A stretch of 64,000 bases of DNA, taken from assembly GCA_047602425.1 (NCBI GenBank), contig JASGHG010000001.1, positions 4,288,001-4,352,000 on the forward strand, in the 5' to 3' direction. A program made the position numbers and the translations under genes. Shown piece by piece: positions 9,691-19,921 of the stretch. Numbering within the stretch: the first letter of the stretch is position 1; the number at the start of each line of letters is the position of its first letter. The notes beneath the pieces are model-generated. The model was given only the letters and a program-made list of their open reading frames with translations. It made no database searches and had not been told where the DNA came from. Source of the stretch: Nibricoccus sp. (GTDB lineage Bacteria; Verrucomicrobiota; Verrucomicrobiia; Opitutales; Opitutaceae).

Positions 9691-11469
9691 ATGAGCACCG
9701 AATCCGCACCTGCGGCCACACCGAAGCCCCTCAGCGCCAACGAAGGCATCAAAGCTGCCTCCAATTTCCTTCGCGGAACGATCGCGCAGGAGCTCGCAGA
9801 TACGTCGACCGGCGCGATCAACGAGGAAAATAGCCAGCTCACCAAATTTCACGGCCTTTATTTGCAGGACGACCGCGATCTTCGCAAGGAGCGCACGAAG
9901 TTGAAGCAGGAGAAAGCCTACGGTTTTATGCTGCGCGTGCGTCTGCCCGGCGGCGTGTGCTCGCCGCAGCAATGGCTCATGCTCGACGACATCGCCGACA
10001 AGCTCGCCAACCACTCGCTGCGCCTAACCACGCGTCAAACCTTCCAGTTTCACGGCGTGCTCAAGGGCAATCTTCGTCCGCTGATCAAGAATCTCAACAA
10101 GGTGCTTCTCGATTCGATCGCGGCTTGCGGCGACGTTAATCGTAACGTCATGGCGGCGCTCAATCCTGAACGCAGTCCCGTTCATCAACAAATTTACGGC
10201 CACGCCCGCGCCTGGAGCGAATACGCGCTCCCGCACACGCGCGCTTATCACGAAATCTGGATCGATGATCAGCTTGTCGCCGGTGGCGAACCCGACGAAG
10301 AGCCTCTCTACGGCCCGACCTACCTGCCGCGCAAATTCAAGACCGGCTTCGCGCTTCCGCCGTCAAACGACATTGATGTTTTTTCGCAGGATCTGGGCTT
10401 CATCGCCATCGTCGAAAATAACCAACTCGTCGGCTACAATGTCGTGGTCGGCGGCGGCCAGGGTATGAGCCATGGCAACGCCGAAACGTATCCCCGCCTC
10501 GCCGATCTTCTCGGTTTCGTCACGCCCGACCAGGTTATTGCCGTTGGCACGGCGGTGATGACCACGCAGCGCGACTACGGTGACCGCGTGAATCGCAAGC
10601 ATGCGCGCCTCAAGTACACCATCGACGATCGCGGTCTGCCTTGGTTCAAGGCGGAGGTGGAGAAACGCGCCGGCTTCGCTCTTGGCGCAATCCGCCGGTT
10701 CGAGTTCACCACGATCCAGGACCCGCACGGCTGGCATCGCGGCGTGGATGGCACGTCGTATTACGGACTGCATATTCTCAGCGGCCGCATCAAAGACATT
10801 CCTGGCTGGAAAATGAAGACCGCGCTTCGCGAAATCGCGAAGGTTCACACGGGCGATTTTCGTCTCACCGCTTCGCAGAACGTGATCATCGCCGGCGTCA
10901 CCGACGTCCAGAAGCCGTTGATTGACGCCATCCTCGCGCGCCACGGTTTAACCGACGAAAACAAACAAAGCGGCATGCGCCTCAATGCGCTATCCTGCGT
11001 TGCTCTTCCGACCTGCGGTCTCGCGCTCGCCGAGAGCGAACGCATGCTGCCCGATCTGCTCGAACGCTACGAAACGATCCTCGACGAAGCCGGCCTGCGG
11101 CACGACGCGATCAGCCTTCGTGTTACGGGCTGCCCCAACGGCTGCGCCCGGCCCTACCTCGCCGAAATCGGCTACGTCGGCAAGGCCCCTGGCAAGTACG
11201 CCCTGTATTTGGGCGCCAAATACAACGGCACACGTTTAAACAAGCTCTACCGCCAGTCGGTCACCATCGACGAAAGCCTCGCGCTGCTCGGCCCGATCAT
11301 CAAGCGCTACGCCCTGGAGCGCGGGACCGGTGAGGAATTTGGCGACTTCTGCGTCCGCACCGTGCTGGCGGAAGAAGCGGCGGCTGCAGCAGCTGCCGCG
11401 GTCGCCGCACAGGCTGCCGCCGCCTCCACGCCAGCTCCAACCACGCCCATTGCTGCACCGGCTGCGTGA
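9691..11469 (+). CDS. cysI: Sulfite reductase hemoprotein (beta) subunit
   Basis: KFHGLYLQDDRD, LRLTTRQTFQFHG, ACGDVNRN, YLPRKFK, siroheme/4Fe-4S motifs CVALPTC and GCPNGC; ATG at 9691. Confidence 0.93.
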   Translation: MSTESAPAATPKPLSANEGIKAASNFLRGTIAQELADTSTGAINEENSQLTKFHGLYLQDDRDLRKERTKLKQEKAYGFMLRVRLPGGVCSPQQWLMLDDIADKLANHSLRLTTRQTFQFHGVLKGNLRPLIKNLNKVLLDSIAACGDVNRNVMAALNPERSPVHQQIYGHARAWSEYALPHTRAYHEIWIDDQLVAGGEPDEEPLYGPTYLPRKFKTGFALPPSNDIDVFSQDLGFIAIVENNQLVGYNVVVGGGQGMSHGNAETYPRLADLLGFVTPDQVIAVGTAVMTTQRDYGDRVNRKHARLKYTIDDRGLPWFKAEVEKRAGFALGAIRRFEFTTIQDPHGWHRGVDGTSYYGLHILSGRIKDIPGWKMKTALREIAKVHTGDFRLTASQNVIIAGVTDVQKPLIDAILARHGLTDENKQSGMRLNALSCVALPTCGLALAESERMLPDLLERYETILDEAGLRHDAISLRVTGCPNGCARPYLAEIGYVGKAPGKYALYLGAKYNGTRLNKLYRQSVTIDESLALLGPIIKRYALERGTGEEFGDFCVRTVLAEEAAAAAAAAVAAQAAAASTPAPTTPIAAPAA

Positions 11470-11505
11470 TCTCCATATAAAGGCTGTTTGAGTCGAAAAC
11501 GTCAC

Positions 11506-11543
11506 AGGACAAAGTAACCTATTGGGTTACTTTGTCCTTTTTT
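11506..11543 (+). terminator. Rho-independent terminator after cysI
   Basis: 14-bp stem AGGACAAAGTAACC-tattg-GGTTACTTTGTCCT followed by a T run. Confidence 0.75.
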
Positions 11544-11615
11544 ATTGGATCGGTCGCTAGGCCGCCGGGGAAGGCTGTTTCACTGGGGATAGCCGGAATT
11601 AGCGGAAAGTGCGAC

Positions 11616-14384
11616 TCAGGATGAGCGGACGCGGGCAGCTTCTTCATCGCTGGTAGGTATGATTTTTTTGTCGCGACGTATCTCCAATTGTTCACGAAGC
11701 GCTTTAGCTTTTTCCAAGCCGCACACTTCGGCTTGGTTGGCGAAGAGAATTGCTTCATCAAGGCTTGGAGCGCCCTGAACGTTGTCGCAGGTTGCCTTGG
11801 CGAGGAAGTAGAGCGCCTCGAAATGGTTTTGCTCAGCCGCCTTGCGCATGAATTTAAGCGCCTTGTCTTGATCCAATTCAATGTTTGAGCCGGTAAAATA
11901 GAGTTCTCCGAGGGCAAAACATGCGTTGGCGGAGTAGTTGGCGGCTTGCTTGAGCACGCTGATGCCATCCTGGATTTTGCCCAGCTTGATCAGTTGTAAT
12001 CCTTGGCGGGCGAGCGCATCGCCATCGTTGTTCTCCAATGCTCGTTCGAAATAACGTTTGGAGCGCGAGAGGTTGATCTTCACACCCAAGCCCTGTTCGT
12101 AGCAGCGGCTGAATCGTTCGCAGGCAAAACCGATTTGGGCCGGGCGGCCGTTTTCTTCGAGCAGGTTCAGGATTTTCAACATGTTTGGATAGTCCTTTTT
12201 CTGCATCATGATGTCGGCGATCGAAGTGAGTGCGTCGAGGTCGCCAAGCCGAGCCAGTCGATCCAGCCAAAACATGGCTCGATCAAAATCGACCGATCCC
12301 ATGCGCCCGCAGATGTACAATTGGATCAATTTCTTAAGTGCGTCGAGATGGCCGTCGAGAGCGGCCAACCGATAGTGGTATGCAGCTTCTGAATACGTGA
12401 TAGGCACGCCGCAGCCCAGCTCATGTATTTTCCCCAGGATGAAATGCGCATCGGGCAGGCCCCATTCGGCCGCTTGCTCAAAATATCGGTATGCTTTTTG
12501 CCAATCCTGGTCGATCAGCCAGCCTTCGGCATAGATCATACCGAGGTTTCTTGCGGCGATGGAATCCTTTTGCTGAACGGCGGCTTCGTAATGTTGAAAC
12601 ATTTGCGCAAGGTCATGTCGGGCGTTGCCATTGCTTGTATCCCGGGCACGCGCTTCATAGATGACCGCAATATTGTTGTTGGCTTGAACGTTGGTAGGAT
12701 CGATTGCGAGTGACTGTTCGAAAAACGGCAGAGCGGCATCGGCGCCCGGACCGGTATTTTGTCCCTTTGTCAGGAGTGTGGCATAGTTGGCCATCGATTC
12801 CGCGTCACCCGCCTCGCTGCCTTTTTTGAAGCAGGCGTAAGCGTTTGCCACTGCTTCGGTACCGCTTTCTTCAAACGCTGTCGGTAAGGAGGCGTGCAAG
12901 GTGCCCAATGCACCCAAGGAAGGGCCATGTCCTTTATCGGCGGCTTTTTTGAACCAGCGTATGGCGGCTTTTATATCAGGAGTGCCATCCCACGCATCGC
13001 GGTAGCGAGTGCCCAGGAAGTATTGGGCTTGGGGGTCTTTTTGGTCCTTGGCCCATGTTTCGAGCAATTCGCGATAATGCTGGGGAGTGAGAATGGTTTT
13101 AGGGCATTCGCCTCTGGATCCCAAGTAGCAGATAAATTCCTTTTTTTTGAATTTATTGAAAAGTGCCGCTGCGGCTTCTGAATCGCGGGTGGTGCCGATT
13201 CCGTTGAAATAGCAGATTGCCAGGTTGGCTAGACCTAGAAAATGTTTCGGCGTTTCGCCGCCACCGGCCTTTTTGAACGAGAGAAACGACCGCGCAAAAT
13301 CCTGCTTTCCGAGTTCATTTCCCGCGTGAAGGCAGCCGAGTTTGATCATAGCCGCGACATTGCCACTTTCGGATGCGAGCTCATACCACTTCACGGCTTC
13401 GGCCGGGTTGTAGTCCTTTGAGTTTTTCTTGGCAAAGCTGTCGGCGATTTCGACCTGCATGGAGGTTTGAAATTTTTCGCCGGCGGTGGAAAGCATTTCT
13501 TCCATTTCGCCTGTGGCAAAATCGTCGACGATTTTCAGGTTGGTGTAGTTATAGACGCGGCGCATGCCCGCGCTGATGGTGAGCCGCCGGCTGATCGCGA
13601 GCATTTCGTTGGCCTTGGCCATATCGCGGGCAGTTCCCTGTCCGAAGGCATAGTTAAGGGCGGCCTGCACAGCGGCTGGATAGATGCCGGAACGCCCGTC
13701 GATGCCCGCAGTGGCGGCGACGACGAAGTATTTATGCGCTTGGTCAGTCTTTTTGTCTGCAGAAGTAATCAGTCCGAGAAGGTAATTCGCGGACGCTTTG
13801 CAGTCGCTCACGGGGTCGCGCTCGATGGCGCCGGCAACCGAACTGGTATTGTTTTGTTTTTCAGCAAGGGCGGCGAAGTACTCAGGCGGTGGAATTGGCC
13901 GTGTGAAGTCGGCTTTTTCAGTGAGAGCGCGATTCAACCATTCTGCGGCTTTCTCGCGGTTTTTGCGAACGCCGGTGCCGGTGTAGTAACACTGGCCGAG
14001 ACTGACCTGCGCATAGGCGTTGCCTCGTTCGGCTGCGAGTCGGTAAAGACTGGCGGCTTTGCGGTGATCCTTGGTGAAACCGTACTGGCCGGTGATCAGA
14101 CACTCGGCCAGAAGCGTCTGGGCATGGGTGAACTCTAAATCGGCGGCTTCCTGAAGACGACTGCGGCCGGTGGCTTCATCCTTTTTATTGTTGAGCAGCG
14201 TAATGGCCTGCCAGAATTTTTCGGCCGCGACGTCTTTATTGGCGGAGGCGGATGGATTGGGTTGGGACGAATCGAGAAGATTGGCGGTCGTGCTTGTATC
14301 GGTTTTGGCCGGCGAGTGTTGTGTCGGAAAAAGCAGGACCGCGGCAAGGAGTGCCTGGGTAAAACGACGGGGTAATTGATGCAT
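11616..14384 (-). CDS. Secreted Sel1-like repeat protein (paralog 2)
   Basis: Many AAERGNAYAQxxLGxxYxxGxGV-type repeats; signal peptide; ATG 14384 (TTG 14399 is an alternative). Confidence 0.9.
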   Translation of the reverse strand: MHQLPRRFTQALLAAVLLFPTQHSPAKTDTSTTANLLDSSQPNPSASANKDVAAEKFWQAITLLNNKKDEATGRSRLQEAADLEFTHAQTLLAECLITGQYGFTKDHRKAASLYRLAAERGNAYAQVSLGQCYYTGTGVRKNREKAAEWLNRALTEKADFTRPIPPPEYFAALAEKQNNTSSVAGAIERDPVSDCKASANYLLGLITSADKKTDQAHKYFVVAATAGIDGRSGIYPAAVQAALNYAFGQGTARDMAKANEMLAISRRLTISAGMRRVYNYTNLKIVDDFATGEMEEMLSTAGEKFQTSMQVEIADSFAKKNSKDYNPAEAVKWYELASESGNVAAMIKLGCLHAGNELGKQDFARSFLSFKKAGGGETPKHFLGLANLAICYFNGIGTTRDSEAAAALFNKFKKKEFICYLGSRGECPKTILTPQHYRELLETWAKDQKDPQAQYFLGTRYRDAWDGTPDIKAAIRWFKKAADKGHGPSLGALGTLHASLPTAFEESGTEAVANAYACFKKGSEAGDAESMANYATLLTKGQNTGPGADAALPFFEQSLAIDPTNVQANNNIAVIYEARARDTSNGNARHDLAQMFQHYEAAVQQKDSIAARNLGMIYAEGWLIDQDWQKAYRYFEQAAEWGLPDAHFILGKIHELGCGVPITYSEAAYHYRLAALDGHLDALKKLIQLYICGRMGSVDFDRAMFWLDRLARLGDLDALTSIADIMMQKKDYPNMLKILNLLEENGRPAQIGFACERFSRCYEQGLGVKINLSRSKRYFERALENNDGDALARQGLQLIKLGKIQDGISVLKQAANYSANACFALGELYFTGSNIELDQDKALKFMRKAAEQNHFEALYFLAKATCDNVQGAPSLDEAILFANQAEVCGLEKAKALREQLEIRRDKKIIPTSDEEAARVRSS

Positions 14385-14407
14385 GGGTTGGAAATACAAT
14401 ATCTGAC

Positions 14408-17308
14408 CTACGACGACCGGGCGCCGGCGGCTTCTTCTACGGTCTCGCCGTTTTTTGCGTCGCGTCGCTTTTCAAGTTTTTCCCGGAGCGCTTTGGCTTT
14501 CTCCAAACCGCAGACTTCGGCTTGGGTGGCCATGCTGATGGCTTCTTCGAGATTCGGGGCTCCCGCGATGTTTTTGTACGTGGCGCCAGCGAGGAAATAG
14601 AGCGCTTCGCTGTGATTGGACGAGGCTGCTCTCCTCATCAACTGCAACGCGCGGGCCTGATCTTTTTCAACATAGGTACCGTGATAGTAAAGTTGACCGA
14701 GGTAAAAGCAGGCATTGCTGGAGTAGCTAGAGGCTTTTTCGAAGGCGGCGATTCCCTCCTTATGTTTTCCTTCTTTCATCAGGAGCATGCCCTGCCAGGC
14801 GAGGGCGTCGCTGTCGTTGTTAGCAAGGGCACGCTCGAGGTATTTTTTCGCTTTTGAGGGGCTGGCTTTCACGCCGAGACCTTGCTCGTAACAGCGGCTG
14901 AGACGTTCGCAGGCGAAGCCGATCTCGCCTTTGCCACCATATTCCTCAAGGAAGCGTAGCCATTCGATGGCCGTGGCGTATTCTTTTTTCTGAAGCAAAA
15001 CGTCGATGTTTGTGGTGAGTCCGGAAAAGTCGCCTTGGGCAATCATACGATCCAACCAGAATTTGGCGCGGTCCAAATCGATTTCGCCTAATTTCCCCGA
15101 CAGATAGAGATCGATGAGCTTCTTCAGGGAGCGCTTGTCGCCTTCGAGCGCGGCCAGTCGGTAGTGATAAGCCGCTTCCGTGTAGGTGACCGGCACGCCC
15201 TGCCCGAGTTCGTGAAGTTCACCGAGAACGAAATGATCCTCCGCTAAGCCCCACTCGGCGGCTTTTTCGTAGTACTGATAGGCTTTGCGGTAATCTTTTT
15301 CGACGAGGAGCCCGGCGCGATGGAGGCGGCCGAGATTTCGAGCGGCGTAGGCTAATTCCAAACGGAAAGCGGCTTCATAGTGCGCGAGCATTTTGTCTCG
15401 TAGTACGAGGTCGTCGGTACTCAAGGACTCGTATCGGGGCCTCTTCAAGCGAAGATTGATGGTGGTTGTCGGTTTTGGAGACGCTTTTGTTTCCTTTACG
15501 GCTTCCAAGACGGCCTTTTCGATATTTTCAAAACCGCCAAGACGATCCTCGTAGATGCTGGCCAGGTTGTTGTGAGCCCTGGCGTGGTCCGGATCGATTT
15601 CCAAACAGCGGAGATAGATGCGCTCGGCTTGCTCGCAATCGCGTTTGATCCCATTTCCATTGTCGAGCATGTTGGCGTAGTTGGCCATGCCATTTGGTTC
15701 GTTAGCCTCGGTCGCACGCTTGTAGCAATTGACGGCTGAACTCACGCATTCCGTCCCGTTTTCATTGAAAAGGTAACCTTGGTATTCGTGCAGCACACCG
15801 AGTTCGGTCCAGGCTTGCCCGTGGCCGGCGGCGCTTGCCTTCTTGAACCAGCGAATGGCGGCCTTGGGATCGGGCTTGTCGTCCCAGCCGTTAAGATAGC
15901 GCTTGCCGAGAAAATACTGGGCTTGCGGATCTTTTTTGTCCTTGGCCCAGGTTTCGATCAGTTTAACCCATTCGTCCCAATTGAGGACAGTTTTTGGACA
16001 TTCGCCCTTCGTACCCAGGTAACAGGCGAAGACCGTGTCCTTATGCTCCTTGAACAGAGCCTCGGCTTTGGCGGTATCTTTTGGTGTTCCAATGCCGTTG
16101 TAGAGGCAGATCGCGTAGTTCGCGGTGCCGAGCGTGTGTTTCGGCTTTTTGCCGCCGCCGACTTTTTCGAACCAGAGAAAGGCTTTGGCGGGATCGGGCC
16201 GGCCGAGTTCGTTTCCGGAGTATAAAAACGCGAGATGCAGCATGGCCCAGGCGTTGTCGTTTTCTGCGGCGAGTTCGAACCACTTGGCCGCCTCGGCGGG
16301 ATTGTAGTCCTTTGATTTTTTATTAGTGAACGTCGTGGCAATATCGTATTGAGCTTGGGTCTGGAACTCGGTTCCGGCGCTGCCGATTTCTTCTTCCAAA
16401 TCGCCGGCGGCGAAATCGTCGACTATTTTCAACGTGGTGTAGTTATGAATGCGCCGCATGCCCGCGCGAATGGTGAGGGTGCGGCTGATGGCCAGCATTT
16501 CATTGGCCTTCACCATGTCGCGTGGGATACCCTGGCCGAAGGCGTAGTTGAGCGCGGCTTGAACGGCGGCCAGATAGATTCCGGAGCGCCCCCCGATGCC
16601 GGCGGTGGCCGCGGCGACAAAGTGCTTTTGCGACAAATCGGTTTTTTTGCCGTCGATTGCAATCAGGCCGAGCAAATAATGGGCAGCGGCTTTACAATCA
16701 CCGACCGCGTCGCGATCGAGTTCCCCTGCGACGCCATGATTGGTGTCCGGTTTTTTGGCGATATCGGCCAGGTAATCAGCCGGTGGAACCGGACGGGAGT
16801 AATCGGCTTTTTCATCGACGGCCGCGGTGAGCCATTCGGTGGCTTTGTCGCGGTTTTTCCGGACGCCCGTGCCGCTGTAAAGACACTGGCCGAAGCTAAC
16901 CATCGCAAAGGCATTACCGCGTTCGGCGGCGAGCCGGTAACAGTTTGCGGCCTTGCGCTTGTCTTTGGAAAAACCGTACTGACCGGTCATGAGGCATTCG
17001 GCGAGTAGTGTCTGCGCGTGGGTGAACTCCATATCGGCGGCAGCTTGAAGGAGCGCCCGGCCTTCGGAAAGTTCTGCCGGTGACTTGCCATCGAGCAGCT
17101 TGAGTGCACGCCAAAACTTTTCAGCCGCAAGATCGGCTTTAGCGGTGGACGACGGATCGTCTTTTTTGGCGTCATTGGCGGTGTCTTTGACCTTGGGGAC
17201 CGGAGACGCGGGAGGGACGCTCGGTGCACCGGTTTCAGCCTCAGTCGATTGAGAGAAATTAATCAGGGCGAATGTCAGACCGAGGAAGATCGTTTTCTTA
17301 AAAAACAT
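14408..17308 (-). CDS. Secreted Sel1-like repeat protein (paralog 1)
   Basis: Sel1 repeats; collinear similarity with the downstream gene (e.g. EFTHAQTLLAECL, GVPxTYxEAAYHYRLAAL, QAEVCGLEKAKALRE). Confidence 0.9.
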   Translation of the reverse strand: MFFKKTIFLGLTFALINFSQSTEAETGAPSVPPASPVPKVKDTANDAKKDDPSSTAKADLAAEKFWRALKLLDGKSPAELSEGRALLQAAADMEFTHAQTLLAECLMTGQYGFSKDKRKAANCYRLAAERGNAFAMVSFGQCLYSGTGVRKNRDKATEWLTAAVDEKADYSRPVPPADYLADIAKKPDTNHGVAGELDRDAVGDCKAAAHYLLGLIAIDGKKTDLSQKHFVAAATAGIGGRSGIYLAAVQAALNYAFGQGIPRDMVKANEMLAISRTLTIRAGMRRIHNYTTLKIVDDFAAGDLEEEIGSAGTEFQTQAQYDIATTFTNKKSKDYNPAEAAKWFELAAENDNAWAMLHLAFLYSGNELGRPDPAKAFLWFEKVGGGKKPKHTLGTANYAICLYNGIGTPKDTAKAEALFKEHKDTVFACYLGTKGECPKTVLNWDEWVKLIETWAKDKKDPQAQYFLGKRYLNGWDDKPDPKAAIRWFKKASAAGHGQAWTELGVLHEYQGYLFNENGTECVSSAVNCYKRATEANEPNGMANYANMLDNGNGIKRDCEQAERIYLRCLEIDPDHARAHNNLASIYEDRLGGFENIEKAVLEAVKETKASPKPTTTINLRLKRPRYESLSTDDLVLRDKMLAHYEAAFRLELAYAARNLGRLHRAGLLVEKDYRKAYQYYEKAAEWGLAEDHFVLGELHELGQGVPVTYTEAAYHYRLAALEGDKRSLKKLIDLYLSGKLGEIDLDRAKFWLDRMIAQGDFSGLTTNIDVLLQKKEYATAIEWLRFLEEYGGKGEIGFACERLSRCYEQGLGVKASPSKAKKYLERALANNDSDALAWQGMLLMKEGKHKEGIAAFEKASSYSSNACFYLGQLYYHGTYVEKDQARALQLMRRAASSNHSEALYFLAGATYKNIAGAPNLEEAISMATQAEVCGLEKAKALREKLEKRRDAKNGETVEEAAGARSS

Positions 17309-17319
17309 AAGACGAGGGG

Positions 17320-19782
17320 TCAGGGTGTTGCTGAAGCGGATGGAAGGTCATTGGCCCAGGAAGCGGCGAGACGAAGGGCTTCGCGTGCCTGGACGTCGAG
17401 CGCGGCGCTGTGCCGGCGGAGATCGCCGTCGAGTTCGGTCATGCGCAGAAGCATGGCCTCAAGTCCCTCGCGTAGGGCGGATGGGGTGGTTACGGAAGGC
17501 GCCTGTCGGGACAAGCAGGTTAGTACATCGTTTTCCGTGGTGTTTTCGAGCCGGTCAATGGCTTGCAATGCCTGACGCATTTGCTGGGCGGTGATGGTGG
17601 TGCCGGAAGCTTCCGAGAAGGCGATGGCGAGGGTGCTGGCATCGCCGAGAAAACGACGAAACTCGAATTGCTCAAGCCAGAGGAGACGAGGTTTGTCTTG
17701 GTCGGTTTTAAAGAGGAAACCGCCACTAACGAGATGATGACCCGCGGGCAGACTTCCTTCGGTTGGCGGTTGCAAGAGGTGTTTTCGGTGCGCGTCGAGG
17801 GTGAGTTGCACGGCGTCGATCTCGATATTGCGTGCGGGCCAGGCGAGGGAAACGGAGAGCTGGCGGCGTTCGTTGCGCAGCGCAATGAGCGAAGCTTCAA
17901 TTGCATTGTGCGCGGCGCGACGTTTTTCGATTTGCAGGCTCTCGCTGTTGGTTTCGGTCAGGGATTCGATCAGTTTTTTCTCATGCTGCCAGAGGGACCA
18001 CTCGGGCAAGTGGGCGATATTTTCCTGGGTTACACGGTCGAGTTTCGCAATGAGTTCGGGTGTAGTGGAATTTACGATACCGGGATAGGGGACGGCGGTT
18101 GCAGGAGGACTCAGGTTGTCGGCGGGCAGGGCGTGAGGCATGGCGACCTCCCGGCGGAAGTCAGGAAACGTTTGCTGAGGAAGCACAATGTCGGCGGCGA
18201 TGCCAGCGCACTGAACGGCGCGCCCGTTAGGTTGGTAATAACGTTCCTGGGTGAGACGGAGCGTGCCCCAGGTCTCGGCATCGGCGGGCGTGGCGACGCT
18301 GGTTTTGGCGAGTTCGATGTAGTTCTGGACGCTGCCCTTGCCGAAAGTGGCGGGACTGCCAACGATGAGCGCACGCCGGTGGAATTTCATGGCGCCGGAA
18401 AATATTTCCGACGCCGAGGCGCTGCGTTCCGAGGTGAGTACCACGAGCGGTCCATCGTAGCGCTCGGCGGATTCGGTCGCCAGGTGTTCGATGGTTTTTC
18501 CGTCGAGTCCGCGGGAGAGCATAATGAGTCCCTTAGGAATAAAAAGCCCGCTGAGCGCCCGAGCTTCGGTGAGTGCGCCACCGCCATTGTTCCGGAGGTC
18601 GATGACGAGGCCGTCGAGCCCGGTCGTGCGCATTTGCCGGAGGAGCTCAAGAACGTCCTGGGTCGCGCTGGTTTTGCCGGTTTCGTCTTCGTTGGCGTAA
18701 AATCCCGGAAGCCAGATCAGGCCGACGTTTCGGCTTTTGCCGTTGGCGGTGGGGACTTGGTAGAGAATTCCGCGGGCGCGGTTTTCGATGGATACAACCA
18801 CCGCTCGCTCAAGGGTGCAGGAGCGCGTGTCAGTCTCACCGGGATGCCGATAGGCGAGGGCGAGCTTGGTGCCGGGCTTGCCTCGAATTTGGGTGACGAT
18901 TTCGCGCAACCGTTTGCCCTTGGTTGAAGTCGGCGGGTTGCCCGGTTCGCCGTAAGCTTCGATCACATCGCCGGGTCGGAGTTCGGTGGTGAGATCGGCG
19001 GGGCCGCCGGGCTTGACGTCCGCGACGAGGCAGAGGCCGTTTTCCTTTTTCAAATCGAGACCGATGCCGGCGACCGCACCGCTCATCTCAAGGTGAAATT
19101 CCCTCGTGGAGTCGGCCGAGAAGTAACCGCTGTGCGGGTCGAAAGTTTGAAGGAGGCTGTCGAAAAAACGCTCCCGGACGGCCAGCGAGTCCATGGTCAT
19201 GACGTGGCGACGGGTTTGGACGTAGCGTTTTGCCACCGTGTCGGTGGCCTCTTTTTCGGTGGCGCCACGGAGAATTTCGGCGAGGACCTCGGCCTTAAGT
19301 TTGGATTCCCAGCGCAGGTCGGCTTCGGCGGCGTTGGCGGCGGGTGTTTTATTGGAGGGGGACGTTGTTTCGTCTTCGGTGAAGGTGAAACCACGGGAGA
19401 GCCGCTGCTCCGCCCAAGTAGTCCGCTCCTGCACGCGCTTCGCAAAAGTTTCGAAAATCTCAAAGGCGGGTTGCAGGTCGCCCTTGAAAAGGTAGACGGA
19501 ACGGAGGGTGCGTCCGAAGCGCGACCGGATAAAATCTATATCGTCTTTTAGCAGATAGTCGGCGTCGGCATCCAGGCCGTTCATGTACGTCGTAAGGATT
19601 TCGCGATTGTCCAGTTCGCGAAAAAGGCGGCCGGATTCGTGTCCATTTTGCATGAAGTCCACGACCAGCCGCGCTTCGCGTTCCAGCTGCCGTCGTTCGG
19701 TCGCGTTCAATGGCTGCATGCCGTGACAGGGCGCGGCAAGGCAAAGGCAGGTCGAGACCAGGACGAAAAACAATTTCCCCAT
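17320..19782 (-). CDS. Tail-specific (S41, Prc/Tsp-like) C-terminal processing protease
   Basis: FDPHSGYFS, PDZ (GIGLDL...GGPA), DLRNNGGG, catalytic SASASEI and TFGKGSVQ; signal peptide from ATG 19782. Confidence 0.9.
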   Translation of the reverse strand: MGKLFFVLVSTCLCLAAPCHGMQPLNATERRQLEREARLVVDFMQNGHESGRLFRELDNREILTTYMNGLDADADYLLKDDIDFIRSRFGRTLRSVYLFKGDLQPAFEIFETFAKRVQERTTWAEQRLSRGFTFTEDETTSPSNKTPAANAAEADLRWESKLKAEVLAEILRGATEKEATDTVAKRYVQTRRHVMTMDSLAVRERFFDSLLQTFDPHSGYFSADSTREFHLEMSGAVAGIGLDLKKENGLCLVADVKPGGPADLTTELRPGDVIEAYGEPGNPPTSTKGKRLREIVTQIRGKPGTKLALAYRHPGETDTRSCTLERAVVVSIENRARGILYQVPTANGKSRNVGLIWLPGFYANEDETGKTSATQDVLELLRQMRTTGLDGLVIDLRNNGGGALTEARALSGLFIPKGLIMLSRGLDGKTIEHLATESAERYDGPLVVLTSERSASASEIFSGAMKFHRRALIVGSPATFGKGSVQNYIELAKTSVATPADAETWGTLRLTQERYYQPNGRAVQCAGIAADIVLPQQTFPDFRREVAMPHALPADNLSPPATAVPYPGIVNSTTPELIAKLDRVTQENIAHLPEWSLWQHEKKLIESLTETNSESLQIEKRRAAHNAIEASLIALRNERRQLSVSLAWPARNIEIDAVQLTLDAHRKHLLQPPTEGSLPAGHHLVSGGFLFKTDQDKPRLLWLEQFEFRRFLGDASTLAIAFSEASGTTITAQQMRQALQAIDRLENTTENDVLTCLSRQAPSVTTPSALREGLEAMLLRMTELDGDLRRHSAALDVQAREALRLAASWANDLPSASATP

Positions 19783-19921
19783 GAAAGCGAGTGGACCGGG
19801 AGGAGCATGAAGTCCGCGGTCACACCACGTCAATCTGGCTATGGCGTGCAGTATGGGAAAACGAGCTGGATTTTGCGGGGGCGGGATCGCGTAATGTTCT
19901 TTTATAACTATTTCAACTCCT

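Noticed and set aside
11506..11543. AAGTAACC-N5-GGTTACTT palindrome as a dispersed repeat
   Set aside because: Only one copy seen in the window and adequately explained as the cysI terminator; a genome-wide search could overturn this
11519..11968. 149-aa minus-strand ORF overlapping the Sel1 gene end
   Set aside because: Alternative frame within a supported gene and running through a terminator; no motifs
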